DNA from: Octopus bimaculoides
Lineage: Eukaryota
DNA: 64,000 bases
Assembly (NCBI RefSeq): GCF_001194135.2
Contig: NC_068991.1
Span: 2,765,738-2,829,737, forward strand
Reading direction: 5' to 3'
Part shown: in pieces, positions 13,432-25,825 of the stretch
How the letters are laid out: every line of letters begins with the position of its first letter
Numbering within the stretch: position 1 is the stretch's first letter
Translations under genes and position numbers: made by a program
The notes under the pieces: model-generated
Database searches by the model: none
What the model was told of the DNA's origin: nothing
What the model saw: the letters and a program-made list of their open reading frames with translations, nothing else

Positions 13432-13740
13432 TATATTGCGTTGAGTCAAATGTTTTGCAATATTTCGCTAACTTCTCTGCCTTTTTCGTCAATTCGTAAC
13501 AAAAGCAGCCGAGAATTCAAAGCAGAGGCCACTGTGTGGCATCGTTTGATGTCATCGATCAGTTGGTTATTTAATCCCACGCTGATATCGGTTCTTCTTC
13601 GAGGCGAAGAACTCTTTCACTGAAGCTTCTACCTCCTCTTGGTTTTGAAGCGTCAGGAGTGCAAGAATTGATATCAATGTAAGATGAAAGAATTGGCAGT
13701 AAAGTGGTTTCAGATGGAGCAACACGACGGCCTCTACTTT
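13432..13740 (-). mobile_element. Mariner transposon 3' relic (transposase C-terminus plus terminal inverted repeat)
   Basis: Minus strand translates LQNQEEVEASVKEFFASKKNRYQRGIK*, then HSGLCFEF, typical of the mariner C-terminus. It ends in TIR-like caaaacatttgactcaacgcaata followed by TA. Confidence 0.75.
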
Positions 13741-14068
13741 GAATGCTAGCCCGCTTTTTGTTGTAATTTGACAAAGAAAGCAAAAATAGTTACCAAAATA
13801 TTGCTGAAATTTCTACTCTACGCAATATAAAGTTCCCGCTCGAATATTCTGAACGCTGCTCGAAAAATAAGGGATGTTACCTTAGTTTACTGGTAGTGAA
13901 CAACTGGCACCATAGTACATCTCCGGCGTTAGAAGCTGGGCAAAGGCAATGAAATAATAATAAGGATAATGATAAATAAATACGTAAATAAATAATCAAT
14001 GGATATATAAATATTTAAACACACACCAACAAATATTCTTTCATATTCCTCTACACACCCACATACTT

Positions 14069-14133
<65 letters not shown>

Positions 14134-14139
14134 GTAAAG

Positions 14140-14245
14140 CTGCAAAGACATCACAAAAACCGTTACTTAGAGTTCCCGTTACTCTACCTCCTGTATTCGA
14201 GTACTATTTTTTTCCACCTTGTTTCACATCTTTGTGCTTTCTCTG
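14140..14245. mobile_element. Penelope-like terminal repeat fragment with a deleted hammerhead
   Basis: ttactctacctcc-gtattcgagtactatttt...ccaccttgtttcacat is shared with 53915-53985. The reverse strand has aacgggaac/ctctaagtaac, a deleted version of the 53824 hammerhead. Confidence 0.55.
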
Positions 14246-15107
14246 AAATGTATATATATATATGGAGTTTTCTATTGCTATTGCGTAATAAAATCGGTTC
14301 ATTCTTTTGAATAACTCTGTATATCAATATATATATATGTATGTTTATATTTATATATATATATAATATAATGTAGGATAAAATCTTTATAAGAATTTAT
14401 CAAGTAGTCAGCGTGAAAAAAAACCCATAAGGAAAAAAACCTCATCGTTTTTTTCCCATAAATATATATAATTTATANNNNNNNNNNNNNNNNNNNNNNN
14501 NNNNNNNNNNNNNNNNNNNNNNNNNNNNNNNNNNNNNNNNNNNNNNNNNNNNNNNNNNNNNNNNNNNNNNNNNNNNNNNNNNNNNNNNNNNNNNNNNNNN
14601 NNNNNNNNNNNNNNNNNNNNNNNNNNNNNNNNNNNNNNNNNNNNNNNNNNNNNNNNNNNNNNNNNNNNNNNNNNNNNNNNNNNNNNNNNNNNNNNNNNNN
14701 NNNNNNNNNNNNNNNNNNNNNNNNNNNNNNNNNNNNNNNNNNNNNNNNNNNNNNNNNNNNNNNNNNNNNNNNNNNNNNNNNNNNNNNNNNNNNNNNNNNN
14801 NNNNNNNNNNNNNNNNNNNNNNNNNNNNNNNNNNNNNNNNNNNNNNNNNNNNNNNNNNNNNNNNNNNNNNNNNNNNNNNNNNNNNNNNNNNNNNNNNNNN
14901 NNNNNNNNNNNNNNNNNNNNNNNNNNNNNNNNNNNNNNNNNNNNNNNNNNNNNNNNNNNNNNNNNNNNNNNNNNNNNNNNNNNNNNNNNNNNNNNNNNNN
15001 NNNNNNNNNNNNNNNNNNNNNNNNNNNNNNNNNNNNNNNNNNNNNNNNNNNNNNNNNNNNNNNNNNNNNNNNNNNNNNNNNNNNNNNNNNNNNNNNNNNN
15101 NNNNNNC

Positions 15108-15392
15108 CCAGTACTTCCCTTAAGCCTGGTATTTATTCTGTTGATCGTCTTTACTGAACCGCGAAGTTACGAGGACGTAAACACATCAGCAGCGGTTGTC
15201 AAGCGGTGGTGGTGGAAGGACGAACACAAACACACACATACGATGAACTTCCTTCAGTTTCCGTCTACCAAATCCACTTTCAACACTTTATTTGGCCCAA
15301 GGCTATAGTAGGAGACACTTATCCATGCAGTGGGACTGAACCCGGAGCCATGCGGTTGGGAAGCAAACTTCTTACCACACAACCACACCTGC
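15108..15392 (-). mobile_element. SINE family B
   Basis: Reverse complement: gtggttgtgtggtaagaagtttgcttcccaaccgcatgg...gttcagtccc...ggatttggtagacggaaactgaag...ttgacaaccgctgctgatgtgtttacgtcc. Confidence 0.88.
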
Positions 15393-15964
15393 ACCAATAA
15401 GATTTGGTCAGATCGAAGCAAACAATATTGTGACACTCGTCCTCAAAGCCTAGGCATTTCTGCCTGAGGGCCACTCAAAGGGCCAGTTAATCGGAGTCCA
15501 TCCCATGTAAGTGACCAAAATTACAACATTCCCCTTTGTGTTTCGATTCCCACCTCTTGCGGAAATCGAAACCGCACTCTTGCGATCGTGAGTGCACCAT
15601 CCAAACCACTTGTCAACGCGTCTTCGCTTTCTGTAAACAAGAGACAATGAAATCTTCTGAAGTCAAATTCTAGGCCTCCCAATCTTCAAATATTGTTGTT
15701 GCTGCTGTTGTTGTTGTTGTTGTTTCCACAGCTGCTGTTGTTGTTGTGGTTGTTGTTTGATCGGAGATTAACCCTGACCGAGCTGACGAATAACGAAAGG
15801 CATTCCGGATCTTTTAAAAATTCTTCCCAACCACTCCAAGTTTATTTGAGCCTCGGATTAATCAAAGAGGTCATGGGACGAACACACACAGGGGCAATGC
15901 TCTACTCAACGCTTCAACACACTAATCGACTTATACCTATTAGTCCAAAATATTATTGTTGTTG

Positions 15965-16005
<41 letters not shown>

Positions 16006-16165
16006 GAACTGGCAGAATTGTTAGCACGCTGGACGAAATGCTTAGCGGTATTTCGCCCGTCGCTACGCTCAGAGTTCAAATTCCACCGAGGTCTACTTTG
16101 CCTTTCATCCTTTCGGGCTCGGTAAAATAAGTACCAGTGAAACACTGGGTCGTTCTAACCGACTG
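16006..16165 (+). mobile_element. SINE family A directly after a (TTA)n array
   Basis: gaactggcagaattgttagcacgctggacgaaatgcttagcggtatttcg...gagttcaaattcc...ctttcatcctttcggg. Confidence 0.9.
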
Positions 16166-16389
16166 CAACAACGCACTGTGGAGTTCAGAGAAGAAGATGC
16201 GATGCGTAAGACATTTTGGTCGTCCACTGTATCTGCCTCTGGTCATCTTGGTCTGGTCTTTCCATTCAATTGAAGATGGTCACCGATGAGAGAGTGAGGC
16301 TGACGGTGTGTGTCCTTCACGTTAAAGTCACCTCATAAATCATCAGTCAGCTTTGATGATGATAAGATGCTACTAACATGTAGTATAAA

Positions 16390-16932
16390 CATGTAGGTGG
16401 TCTAATAAAAAGAGTATGGGGTCTATTGTCATGGTAACGTAGCTAAAGTGCGCAAGTGAAGCCGCTTCGCTCAGATTGACCTTGAACTCTGTCGCGCATG
16501 CTCACTAAGTTATAACGTTCTCGCTCACTTCCATTGTTTATAGCAGTGCTTGGAAGTAAAGTGTGTAGAGTGCGGTCGTCTCAAAAAGAAGATCAGGTTT
16601 CATTTGCGCAAGATCTCTTTGATTGTGTTGAGGATGACGAAAAGCTTTTGAAAATCGGACATATCAAGTGATGAATTGTGGGCCCATGGCTATGATCTTG
16701 AAAGCAATGATCAGTCTTCGAAGAGAGAGAGACCCCAGCCACCCAGCCACCCCACACGCTAACAAGATTTCAAGACGTTGAACAAATCCAAGAAAATGCG
16801 ACGAAGCATCTTGAAATCAAAAGTCAATGGAAGGGGACTTCTTCAAAGGAGATTAGATACCAAACTGATATGCATTGTAGTTCTTTTTTTTTTATAGCTT
16901 TCGTCTCAATATGTTTTGATCTGACCTCGTAT
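16390..16932 (+). mobile_element. Internally deleted mariner element (non-autonomous relic)
   Basis: Fragments QVSFAQDLFDCVEDDEKLLK / SSDELWAHGYDLESNDQSS (related to the TGDETWVYGYDPE region), then TRFQDVEQIQENATKHL and GDFFKGD*. The 3' end tgttttgatctgacctcgta-TA is TIR-like. Confidence 0.7.
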
Positions 16933-17950
16933 ATATATACGACTCTGCTTTCGTGCGTGTATATGTGTGTGTGTATATATGTGAGTGTGGGTATGTGTAT
17001 GAGTGTTACGTTGTACAACAGATGTTCTTAAGTGCTTCATACGTTATTCTTTCCGGTTCTTCTCGTTGTTTGATAGGTCAGCCTATTGACCAATCAAATT
17101 ATTTCAATGCAAATTCCTGCTTATCTACCCATCTACCAGATTATTTATATAGTTATCTACCTTTCCACGTATTCAACAGACATCTGTTAACATATCTTTC
17201 AAAAGGTACTCTATGTACACATACGCATGCACTCATACAAACATACATACATACATACATACATACATACATGCGTGTGTCAGTGAACAGGTCGCGGTCT
17301 CAAAGCGACGAAAATATTTTGACAAATTAAATTTAAATGTTGAAGTGAATCTAACGGATTTTGTGTGTTATTTTAAATGGCTTATAAACACCTTCCACGC
17401 TGCAATTGTATATATATACATATATATNNNNNNNNNNNNNNNNNNNNNNNNNNNNNNNNNNNNNNNNNNNNNNNNNNNNNNNNNNNNNNNNNNNNNNNNN
17501 NNNNNNNNNNNNNNNNNNNNNNNNNNNNNNNNNNNNNNNNNNNNNNNNNNNNNNNNNNNNNNNNNNNNNNNNNNNNNNNNNNNNNNNNNNTATATATATA
17601 TTTACACATGCACACATACAGACAGACAGAAGCGTATATGCATACATGCACTAATATGTGTCTGGGTGTGTATGTATGTTTATCCCTCGTGTAAACAGGA
17701 AACTGACTCCACAGCAACAACAACAGCACCAGTAACAACAATAACAGCCACCGGGAAAAAACAAATTGGGCAACATCAACAAAAACAAAATGTGAATGAC
17801 GCATTTGACTGTGAGAAGTGGCGACTGGATTTGCCAAAGTGGACATGAATAAATTGCATCGGGCCATCCAGATCGTATCACGGAAGAATATTCTGTAGAT
17901 CACTAGGTGGGAATAGCATAGGCTAATTATTATTATTATTATTATTATTA

Positions 17951-18420
17951 TATGTTTGACTTTTGCTTTGTATTTGTACAAGTTGACTCCAAGTCTCACC
18001 CAGAGACCTCAAGAGACAAGTTAGAAGTTCCTGTTGGTGTTATGACTAGGATAACATATATTTGGTTTTACACAAAGTATTGTTCTAGAGAATGTTTAAG
18101 AAAACATTAAAATAAATTTACAAGTTTGTTTTAAAATTTGAGATTACTTAGACAGTATTTTACGTAGGATATGGGCAGTTCCCATGAGCACTATCTTTAG
18201 AACTTCAGCCATTTTGGGGTTTCCTGGTGTCCGAGCCAGGTAGTAATCAGGCCCTTTTGTTATCATTCCAAGGGCACCTATGACAATAGGTATTGTTTTA
18301 GTCTTCAGGTTCCACATTTTGCCAATTTCTATTTCAAGATCTTTATACTTGCCTAGTTTTTGGTAGGTCTTGACAGATACATTTATATCGATTGGGACAG
18401 CCATAGCGATGAGAAGGCAT
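17951..18420 (-). mobile_element. 5'-truncated RLE (R4/Dong-like) non-LTR retrotransposon, copy 1
   Basis: ORF 18144-18404 (MAVPIDINVSVKTYQKLGKYKDLEIEI...IPIVIGALG...VLMGTAHILRKIL) is a typical R4-clade RLE C-terminus. A ~190 nt 3' UTR ends in (TAA)n, and (TAA)n also lies upstream. Confidence 0.88.
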
Positions 18421-18534
18421 ATTATTATTGTTATTATTATTATTATTGTTATTATTATTGCTGTTGTTGTTGTTGTTGTTGATGTTGATGTTGTTGCTAT
18501 TATTATTATCGTTATTATTATTATTATTATTCAG

Positions 18535-19057
18535 TAGTTTTATTTTTATAACATACTTTCACTTCACTACCGAGCGCAGCTCTGTGCGCCTNNNNNNNNN
18601 NNNNNNNNNNNNNNNNNNNNNNNNNNNNNNNNNNNNNNNNNNNNNNNNNNNNNNNNNNNNNNNNNNNNNNNNNNNNNNNNNNNNNNNNNNNNNNNNNNNN
18701 NNNNNNNNNNNNNNNNNNNNNNNNNNNNNNNNNNNNNNNNNNNNNNNNNNNNNNNNNNNNNNNNNNNNNNNNNNNNNNNNNNNNNNNNNNNNNNNTTATC
18801 TCTATTTCCAGGTCTTTGTATTTTGAAAGTTTTTCCATTTCTTTTAGAGAAACGTTGTCATCTGCTGGTATTGATACATCAATTAGAAAGCATTTTTTTT
18901 CTTCATGATCTTTGACAACTATATCTGGTCTATTTGCCTTAATTTCTCTATCTGTGTGTATTGGCATATCCCAGAGTATGGTTGCTTTCTCGTTTTCTGT
19001 GACCTTTTCTGGCGTGTGTTTATACCATCTTTTTTCTGTTGTATACCATCTTTTTTC

Positions 19058-19061
<4 letters not shown>
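18535..19061 (-). mobile_element. 5'-truncated RLE (R4/Dong-like) retrotransposon, copy 2 (different subfamily, spans a gap)
   Basis: WYKHTPEKVTENEKATILWDMPIHTDREIKANRPDIVVKDHEEKKCFLIDVSIPADDNVSLKEMEKLSKYKDLEIEI contains the PD...D..P.D...K.EK..KY nuclease motif. The 3' UTR differs from copy 1; both ends abut (TAA)n. Confidence 0.9.
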
Positions 19062-19114
<53 letters not shown>

Positions 19115-19504
19115 AATCCCCACATTTTATGTCTGTCATTGCATTGTTCCCCTCGTCCGCCCGCCGCAACAACAACAGTCATAACAACAATAACAACAAT
19201 AATAACAATAATAGCTGTATTGCGAATGTGTGCAACAGCAGCAGCGGCAGCAGTTGCAATAACATGAACAATAACAATAACAACAATAGCAGGATCGAGA
19301 ACAGAAGCAATAAACGACAACATCAAGAATGAAGACCTCGACAGCAAAATCGACAGGAGCTGATCAATTCTTACAGTGCAGGCCTATTGATCGTTGGTAT
19401 GGCAACCGTGCTTGCTCCATCCATTTTAGGGCTGCCTGGGGTTGTATTGGCCAACGTGTAGAGGCATGAGGAAACAAATGCAACATTGAAGTCATTCGTA
19501 TGTA

Positions 19505-20101
19505 AAGGGTCAGTGGGAGAGGGGGAGGAGGAGAGAGGGGGAAGAGAGGGGGAAGAAGGAAAGAGAGAAAGAAGAACCTGGGAATCAGATCTACACCATC
19601 AACGCCACAAAGGGAGAAAGAGGGGAGGGGGAGAAAGAGGGGAGGAGGGAGAAAGAGAGAGAGAGAGAGGAAGGGAGAGAGTTAGGGAGAAAGATAGAGA
19701 AAGAGGAAGAGAGAGAGAGGAAGGGAGAGAGAGAAAGAGTGAGGGAGAGAGAGAAAGCAAGAGAGAGAGAAAGAGAGAAAGTGATAGAGAGAGGAAGGGA
19801 GAAAGAAAGAGATAAGAGGGAGAGAGAATGGAGAGAGAGAGGGAAAGGGAGACAGAGTGGGAGATAGAAAGAGAGAGAAGGGGAGAGTAAGTGAGGGAAC
19901 GAGGGAGAGAAAGAGGGAGGAAGAGAGAAAGAGAGAGAGGGAGTAAATGAGTGAGACAGACAGACAGAGACAGAAAGAGAAAGAAAGAGAGAAAGAGAGA
20001 GAGACAAAGAAAGAGGTAGACAGGGAAGGAGAGAGGCAGAGAGAAAAGAAGAGAGAGAAGGAGAGAATATTTGAGAAACGAAACTCTCGTATCAATGCTA
20101 T

Positions 20102-20133
<32 letters not shown>

Positions 20134-20245
20134 GGGAGTGAGAGAGAAAAAGAGAAAGAGAAAGAGAGAAAGAAAGAGAGTGGGGAAGAAAGGAAGAGAG
20201 AAAACGAGTATGAAATAAGTGACAATGATGAAGAGAGAGAAAGAG
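19505..20245. repeat. ~740 bp polypurine (GA-rich) low-complexity tract
   Basis: Almost purely A/G on the + strand; source of the spurious S/L-rich and E/R-rich ORFs. Confidence 0.95.
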
Positions 20246-20889
20246 AAGGAAAGACGTGGAAAGGATTTAAGCAGCTTAGTGTTGGGGGAAACAAAGAAAA
20301 GAGAGTCTTAGTTACGATTATGAGAGACAATATTGAACGTTTGTTTATTTGTTTGTTGTGTTAATAGACGAAGCGTGGCTTAGATAATACACTTAAGTAG
20401 GTGAAAGCATCGCTAATGCTCGCAACATCAATACAAAGGCTTAAGTAGGATTAAACAAATGATGAAATAAATAGATTGATTGGCAAGCATTGATTGGCAA
20501 GTAGGTAAGGGAAGCAACTTCGCATAGGTTTCACCCTCGTTATAAATCGTTCGTTGAAACGGCGAACGGTATTTCTAATCGTGCTGCAACTTGTTGAAAG
20601 TTTAGCAAAAGTGGGATCGAATAAGTGACGAGAGAAATATTTGTCAGGTCTCCCACCTCAATTCTTTTTTTCAAATCGGAAAGCATTCGAGGAAATTCTG
20701 GCACATGTTTCACTCTCGTTGGAATTCGTCAACGGAAGAGTTTGCTGTAACATGTTGAAAATCTGACCTAAATTTGGAATGAGATAAGTGGGCGTAGCTG
20801 TTTGGACGCTGATGACGTGGCGCAGCAGACTGTTTGGCGACACTTCGTTCATCCTGTTTGGTGACACTACATTCTGGCGTTGAAGGCAA

Positions 20890-20927
<38 letters not shown>

Positions 20928-20963
20928 GGGGGAGACAAGCACCTCCACTTAACTAAGCCTGCA

Positions 20964-21006
20964 TCCAGAGACATGTTTCTGAGTCTTTGCTCGTCATCAG
21001 TCTGGA
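20964..21006 (-). ncRNA. Minimal type I hammerhead ribozyme with intact catalytic core
   Basis: Minus strand: UCCAGA-CUGAUGA-C GAG CAAAGA CUC A-GAAA-CAUG-UC-UCUGGA. Perfect 6-bp stem I, canonical core, palindromic ACAUGU helix III and GUC cleavage triplet. Confidence 0.75.
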
Positions 21007-21543
21007 GTAGCAATGGCCTGCTAGTTGGAGATGCCTGTCAAGCTCTTGTAAACATATAATGATTCTAGTGAAACACATTCACTGATTTCCCCCTTGTAAA
21101 CATAAGNNNNNNNNNNNNNNNNNNNNNNNNNNNNNNNNNNNNNNNNNNNNNNNNNNNNNNNNNNNNNNNNNNNNNNNNNNNNNNNNNNNNNNNNNNNNNN
21201 NNNNNNNNNNNNNNNNNNNNNNNNNNNNNNNNNNNNNNNNNNNNNNNNNNNNNNNNNNNNNNNNNNNNNNNNNNNNNNNNNNNNNNNNNNNNNNNNNNNN
21301 NNNNNNNNNNNNNNNNNNNNNNNNNNNNNNNNNNNNNNNNNNNNNNNNNNNNNNNNNNNNNNNNNNNNNNNNNNNNNNNNNNNNNNNNNNNNNNNNNNNN
21401 NNNNNNNNNNNNNNNNNNNNNNNNNNNNNNNNNNNNNNNNNNNNNNNNNNNNNNNNNNNNNNNNNNNNNNNNNNNNNNNNNNNNNNNNNNNNNNNNNNNN
21501 NNNNNNNNNNNNNNNNNNNNNNNNNNNNNNNNNNNNNNNNNNN

Positions 21544-21605
<62 letters not shown>

Positions 21606-22169
21606 GTGTATGTATTTATGTGAGTGTGTTTGGTTACGTATGCATTTATTTATATATATAGATATATGACTGTATAGGTGTGGTATAATAACTTATATAC
21701 TCGACTCTTGAGTAGATGTACATTACCTTTGGGGGTTTTTGAGAAATTTTATGATCTCTCTTCTCATTAAAAACTTAAGTATTACACAAACGCGCACATA
21801 TACAAATATAACTATACATACATGCATATATATATATAGATATATATACGTACATGTATGTATAATGTCTGTAGGTGTATATGTAGGGATGTGTTGATGT
21901 ATATGCATTTATGCAAACATATGCATGTTACATTTGCATGTTTTTATGCGTGTCACATGAAACACGCATGAGTGCTCGTATTCCGTAAACGTACGCATAT
22001 GTATGTGTTATACACCAAAAAACGCAAACGCCTTTATGGCGCTTGTTTCCTACGCAGCTTCCCCCCCCCCGCTTCGTTTTCATCATCATCGTCATCATCA
22101 TCCTCACTTCCACGGTGGCACTACCACCGCCGCCACCACCACCACCACCATCGCTACTGTCAACGCCTA

Positions 22170-22242
<73 letters not shown>

Positions 22243-22616
22243 GTTGCTGCTGGTGCTACTGCTACGGCTGCTGCTGCTAAGACCATAGTCTGTAGTACAC
22301 TGTAGTAACAAGTAGCAGACGACAGAAGCACGTGCTTTTACGGATGGCGTGTAGTAGCAAGAGTGATGGTAGGAGGTAGTAAGAGTAAAGGAAGGGTAGG
22401 AGAGAGAAGGAGAGATAGGAAGGAATGAGTGAGTGAGTGAGTAAGGAGAATTGAGAGAGAAAGAGAGAGAGGTGGGCAACGGAGGGAGGCAGATATATTA
22501 AATCGTTTTCTATTTGAGGAACCGGCAGACAACAGGAAAACTCCAGAGTAACATATCGCCTCTTAAGCCGTTCTCTCTCTCTCACGCTCTCTCACTCTCT
22601 CTCACTCTCTCTCTCA

Positions 22617-22648
<32 letters not shown>

Positions 22649-23548
22649 ATATATATATATAGATATACTTTTCTCTCTCTCTCTCCCTCTCTCTTTCCCT
22701 TTCTCTCTTTCACTTTCTCTCTTTCCCTTTCTCTCTTTCCCTTTCTCTCTTTCCCTTTCTCTCTTTCCCTTTCTCTCTTTCCCTTTCTCTCTTTCTCTTT
22801 TTATCTCNNNNNNNNNNNNNNNNNNNNNNNNNNNNNNNNNNNNNNNNNNNNNNNNNNNNNNNNNNNNNNNNNNNNNNNNNNNNNNNNNNNNNNNNNNNNN
22901 NNNNNNNNNNNNNNNNNNNNNNNNNNNNNNNNNNNNNNNNNNNNNNNNNNNNNNNNNNNNNNNNNNNNNNNNNNNNNNNNNNNNNNNNNNNNNNNNNNNN
23001 NNNNNNNNNNNNNNNNNNNNNNNNNNNNNNNNNNNNNNNNNNNNNNNNNNNNNNNNNNNNNNNNNNNNNNNNNNNNNNNNNNNNNNNNNNNNNNNNNNNN
23101 NNNNNNNNNNNNNNNNNNNNNNNNNNNNNNNNNNNNNNNNNNNNNNNNNNNNNNNNNNNNNNNNNNNNNNNNNNNNNNNNNNNNNNNNNNNNNNNNNNNN
23201 NNNNNNNNNNNNNNNNNNNNNNNNNNNNNNNNNNNNNNNNNNNNNNNNNNNNNNNNNNNNNNNNNNNNNNNNNNNNNNNNNNNNNNNNNNNNNNNNNNNN
23301 NNNNNNNNNNNNNNNNNNNNNNNNNNNNNNNNNNNNNNNNNNNNNNNNNNNNNNNNNNNNNNNNNNNNNNNNNNNNNNNNNNNNNNNNNNNNNNNNNNNN
23401 NNNNNNNNNNNNNNNNNNNNNNNNNNNNNNNNNNNNNNNNNNNNNNNNNNNNNNNNNNNNNNNNNNNNNNNNNNNNNNNNNNNNNNNNNNNNNNNNNNNN
23501 NNNNNNNNNNNNNNNNNNNNNNNNNNNNNNNNNNNNNNNNNNNNNNNN

Positions 23549-23602
<54 letters not shown>

Positions 23603-24644
23603 CACACAAACACACACACACACACGCACGCACATGCACATATGTCCGTATTCCGGATCTAAATATTTTAAAATGTCTCAAAATATTTTCCCCTCCCATG
23701 GAATTCTTTATTAAATCCTTTGCACTTACAGCAATTTTTTTTCCTGAAGTATCATATTTCCAGCATCTCTACCCCTCCACACACACACACACACATGCTC
23801 TCTCACATACAGGCGTGTTCGAATACACCCACATGTACACACACATACTGACATGCACACATACTGAGAGCGAAATACCCGAGTATCGTGCCGTAGAGCA
23901 GTGATCTATCATAAGGCTGGCTTCGTAAAATCGCTTCGGGTACAAAATTGTTACGATATTTCGACGATAACTGACGTCGGGAGAGCATGTCCACATCGTG
24001 TGAGCGATTTTCCCGTGTGTTCTTCTGTCGTCCTTCTACATAATTGCTTAACCTTAATATGGTACAAATTAATGCAAGTTAAAAAGTTATGTTCTGAATG
24101 GCGTCTTTAAAATAAATAAAAAACAAACTTTTACTTTATTGTAACTTTTATATCTTAGTTGTTGAAAACCTAGCCACAGTTGTTGGTGACTCTGAAGGAA
24201 CAGGAGCGGTAATCTCAAAAATGGGAATTTATCTCTGAAATGCAAATTACCTCAGCCATAAATGCATGGCTGCAGGAGATAAGGTTGAAGGTTGTGCTAA
24301 TGACGCATATTGAGCCAGAAACACGAGTCCACAACTGTCCTCTTATCTCCAGACGATAAGCTTGTCCTTTTCTTTAATGCTTTTTGGGGATTTTGAGATT
24401 CTCTCCCCTTCTCATATAGAACTGGTCTTAATTGTCATTTGGTAATTAAGAGACATCCTCTAAAGACGGAGATAATTTTAAGAAATCAATTATGTATCTT
24501 CTATTGTATTACTTCTGTATTTGTCTGTGTTGTTCAAATACATGCCACTGGCCATTCTCGGTTATTTTTCTTAACCCATTTTTGTTTAATTTACATACTT
24601 AGGGGTAGAAGCGTCCTGATCTTTGTGTGCAGGGAAAGGACCAA

Positions 24645-24684
24645 CTACAGATATGTTTCGGCGTACGGGACCTCATCAGCATAG
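24645..24684 (-). ncRNA. Minimal type I hammerhead ribozyme-like motif, partly decayed
   Basis: Minus strand: CUAUG-CUGAUGA-GGU CCCGUAC GCC-GAAA-CAUA-UC-UGUAG. Canonical core; stem I has two G.U pairs; helix III ACAUAU is one change from ACAUGU. Confidence 0.55.
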
Positions 24685-24976
24685 ACTGTGAATACAGTCT
24701 TATGATGCCTATCGATCAAACTGACTTACATGTAAATAATATAAATTTACTTTGAGACATTAATTCCTAACATCTTAGAATTATCTCCCTCTATTTTGAG
24801 AACTGCTAACAATAATCGCTGGAAAGAAATTCCAATTAAAAATTCCTTGAGCGATCCAAATTCACGTTATTAACCGGTTTGAGTTATTCCCCTTAGCTCG
24901 TATTATCTTTGATTTTGTAAATAAATATTTTGTCGACTCAATTGTAAAATATAGCCCAAGGTATATATTTAGGCAG

Positions 24977-25064
24977 AGGCATGGCTGTGTGGTAAGAAGT
25001 TTACTTCCCAACCAGATGGTTCTGGGTTCAGTCCCACAGCGTGGCACCTTGGTCAAGTGTCTCC
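24977..25064 (+). mobile_element. SINE family B head only
   Basis: ggcatggctgtgtggtaagaagtttacttcccaaccagatggttctgggttcagtcccacagcgtggcaccttgg. Confidence 0.85.
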
Positions 25065-25149
25065 TACATGAATTAACACAAACTAACATAAATTATCATA
25101 AATTAACATAATATTATGGAAACTGAATTTTGTTGGCATAGCATGAACG

Positions 25150-25495
25150 AACGATTAAGAAGTTCGCTTCGTAACTGCAAAATACCAGGTTCGATCCCAT
25201 TGCAAGCGGGTTTTAGGCAAATGTCATTATCTGTGACGGCGGATCGACATATAGCTTGTGAAAGGAATCGGGTAGGCAGAAACTCAATGAGAATCCCTTC
25301 GGGTGGATTGTACCTGTGATTTAAAAGATACATCCTTGTCACACGGTGTGATACGCCGATTCTGTTTGAGAATTACGTAAAGGGTACATGCGCCTGTGGA
25401 ATGCTCTGCTACGTACGCGTTACTTCCTAAAAAGGAATGTCAATTCAGTTGTTTGAATATCTGAATGCTCGACGCCGAACGACGGAGATCCATCA
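25150..25495 (+). mobile_element. Old SINE with a family B-like 5' half and a family C-like 3' half
   Basis: ggttcgatcccattgc...ggcaaatgtc...cgac...gcttgtga...gggtaggcagaaact (B-like), followed by aagggtacatgcgcctgtggaatgctc...cgttacttc...gacgccgaacgacggag (C-like). Confidence 0.55.
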
Positions 25496-25561
25496 CTAGA
25501 CTGAATTTAAGGAAAAAAAAAAAAACTAAGATTGTGTGTATGTGTGTGTGTGTGTGTGTGT

Positions 25562-25778
25562 TCTTTTATTCTTTTACTTGTTTCAGTCATTTGGTTGCGG
25601 CCATGTTGGAGCACCGCCTTGAAGGTTTTTAGTCGAAGAAATCAACCTCAGAATTTATTTTTTTATGCTTAGTACTTACTCTATCGGTTTCTTTTGCTGA
25701 ACCGCTAAGCTATGGAGACGTAAACACGGCAACACCGGTTGTCAAGCGGTGATGGAGGGGAGCAAACACAGACACAAA

Positions 25779-25825
<47 letters not shown>

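Noticed and set aside
20710-20830. YAHLSHSKFRSDF, resembling GPCR TM7/helix 8
   Set aside because: Lacks NPxxY and a preceding hydrophobic helix; frame runs out of a CA repeat.
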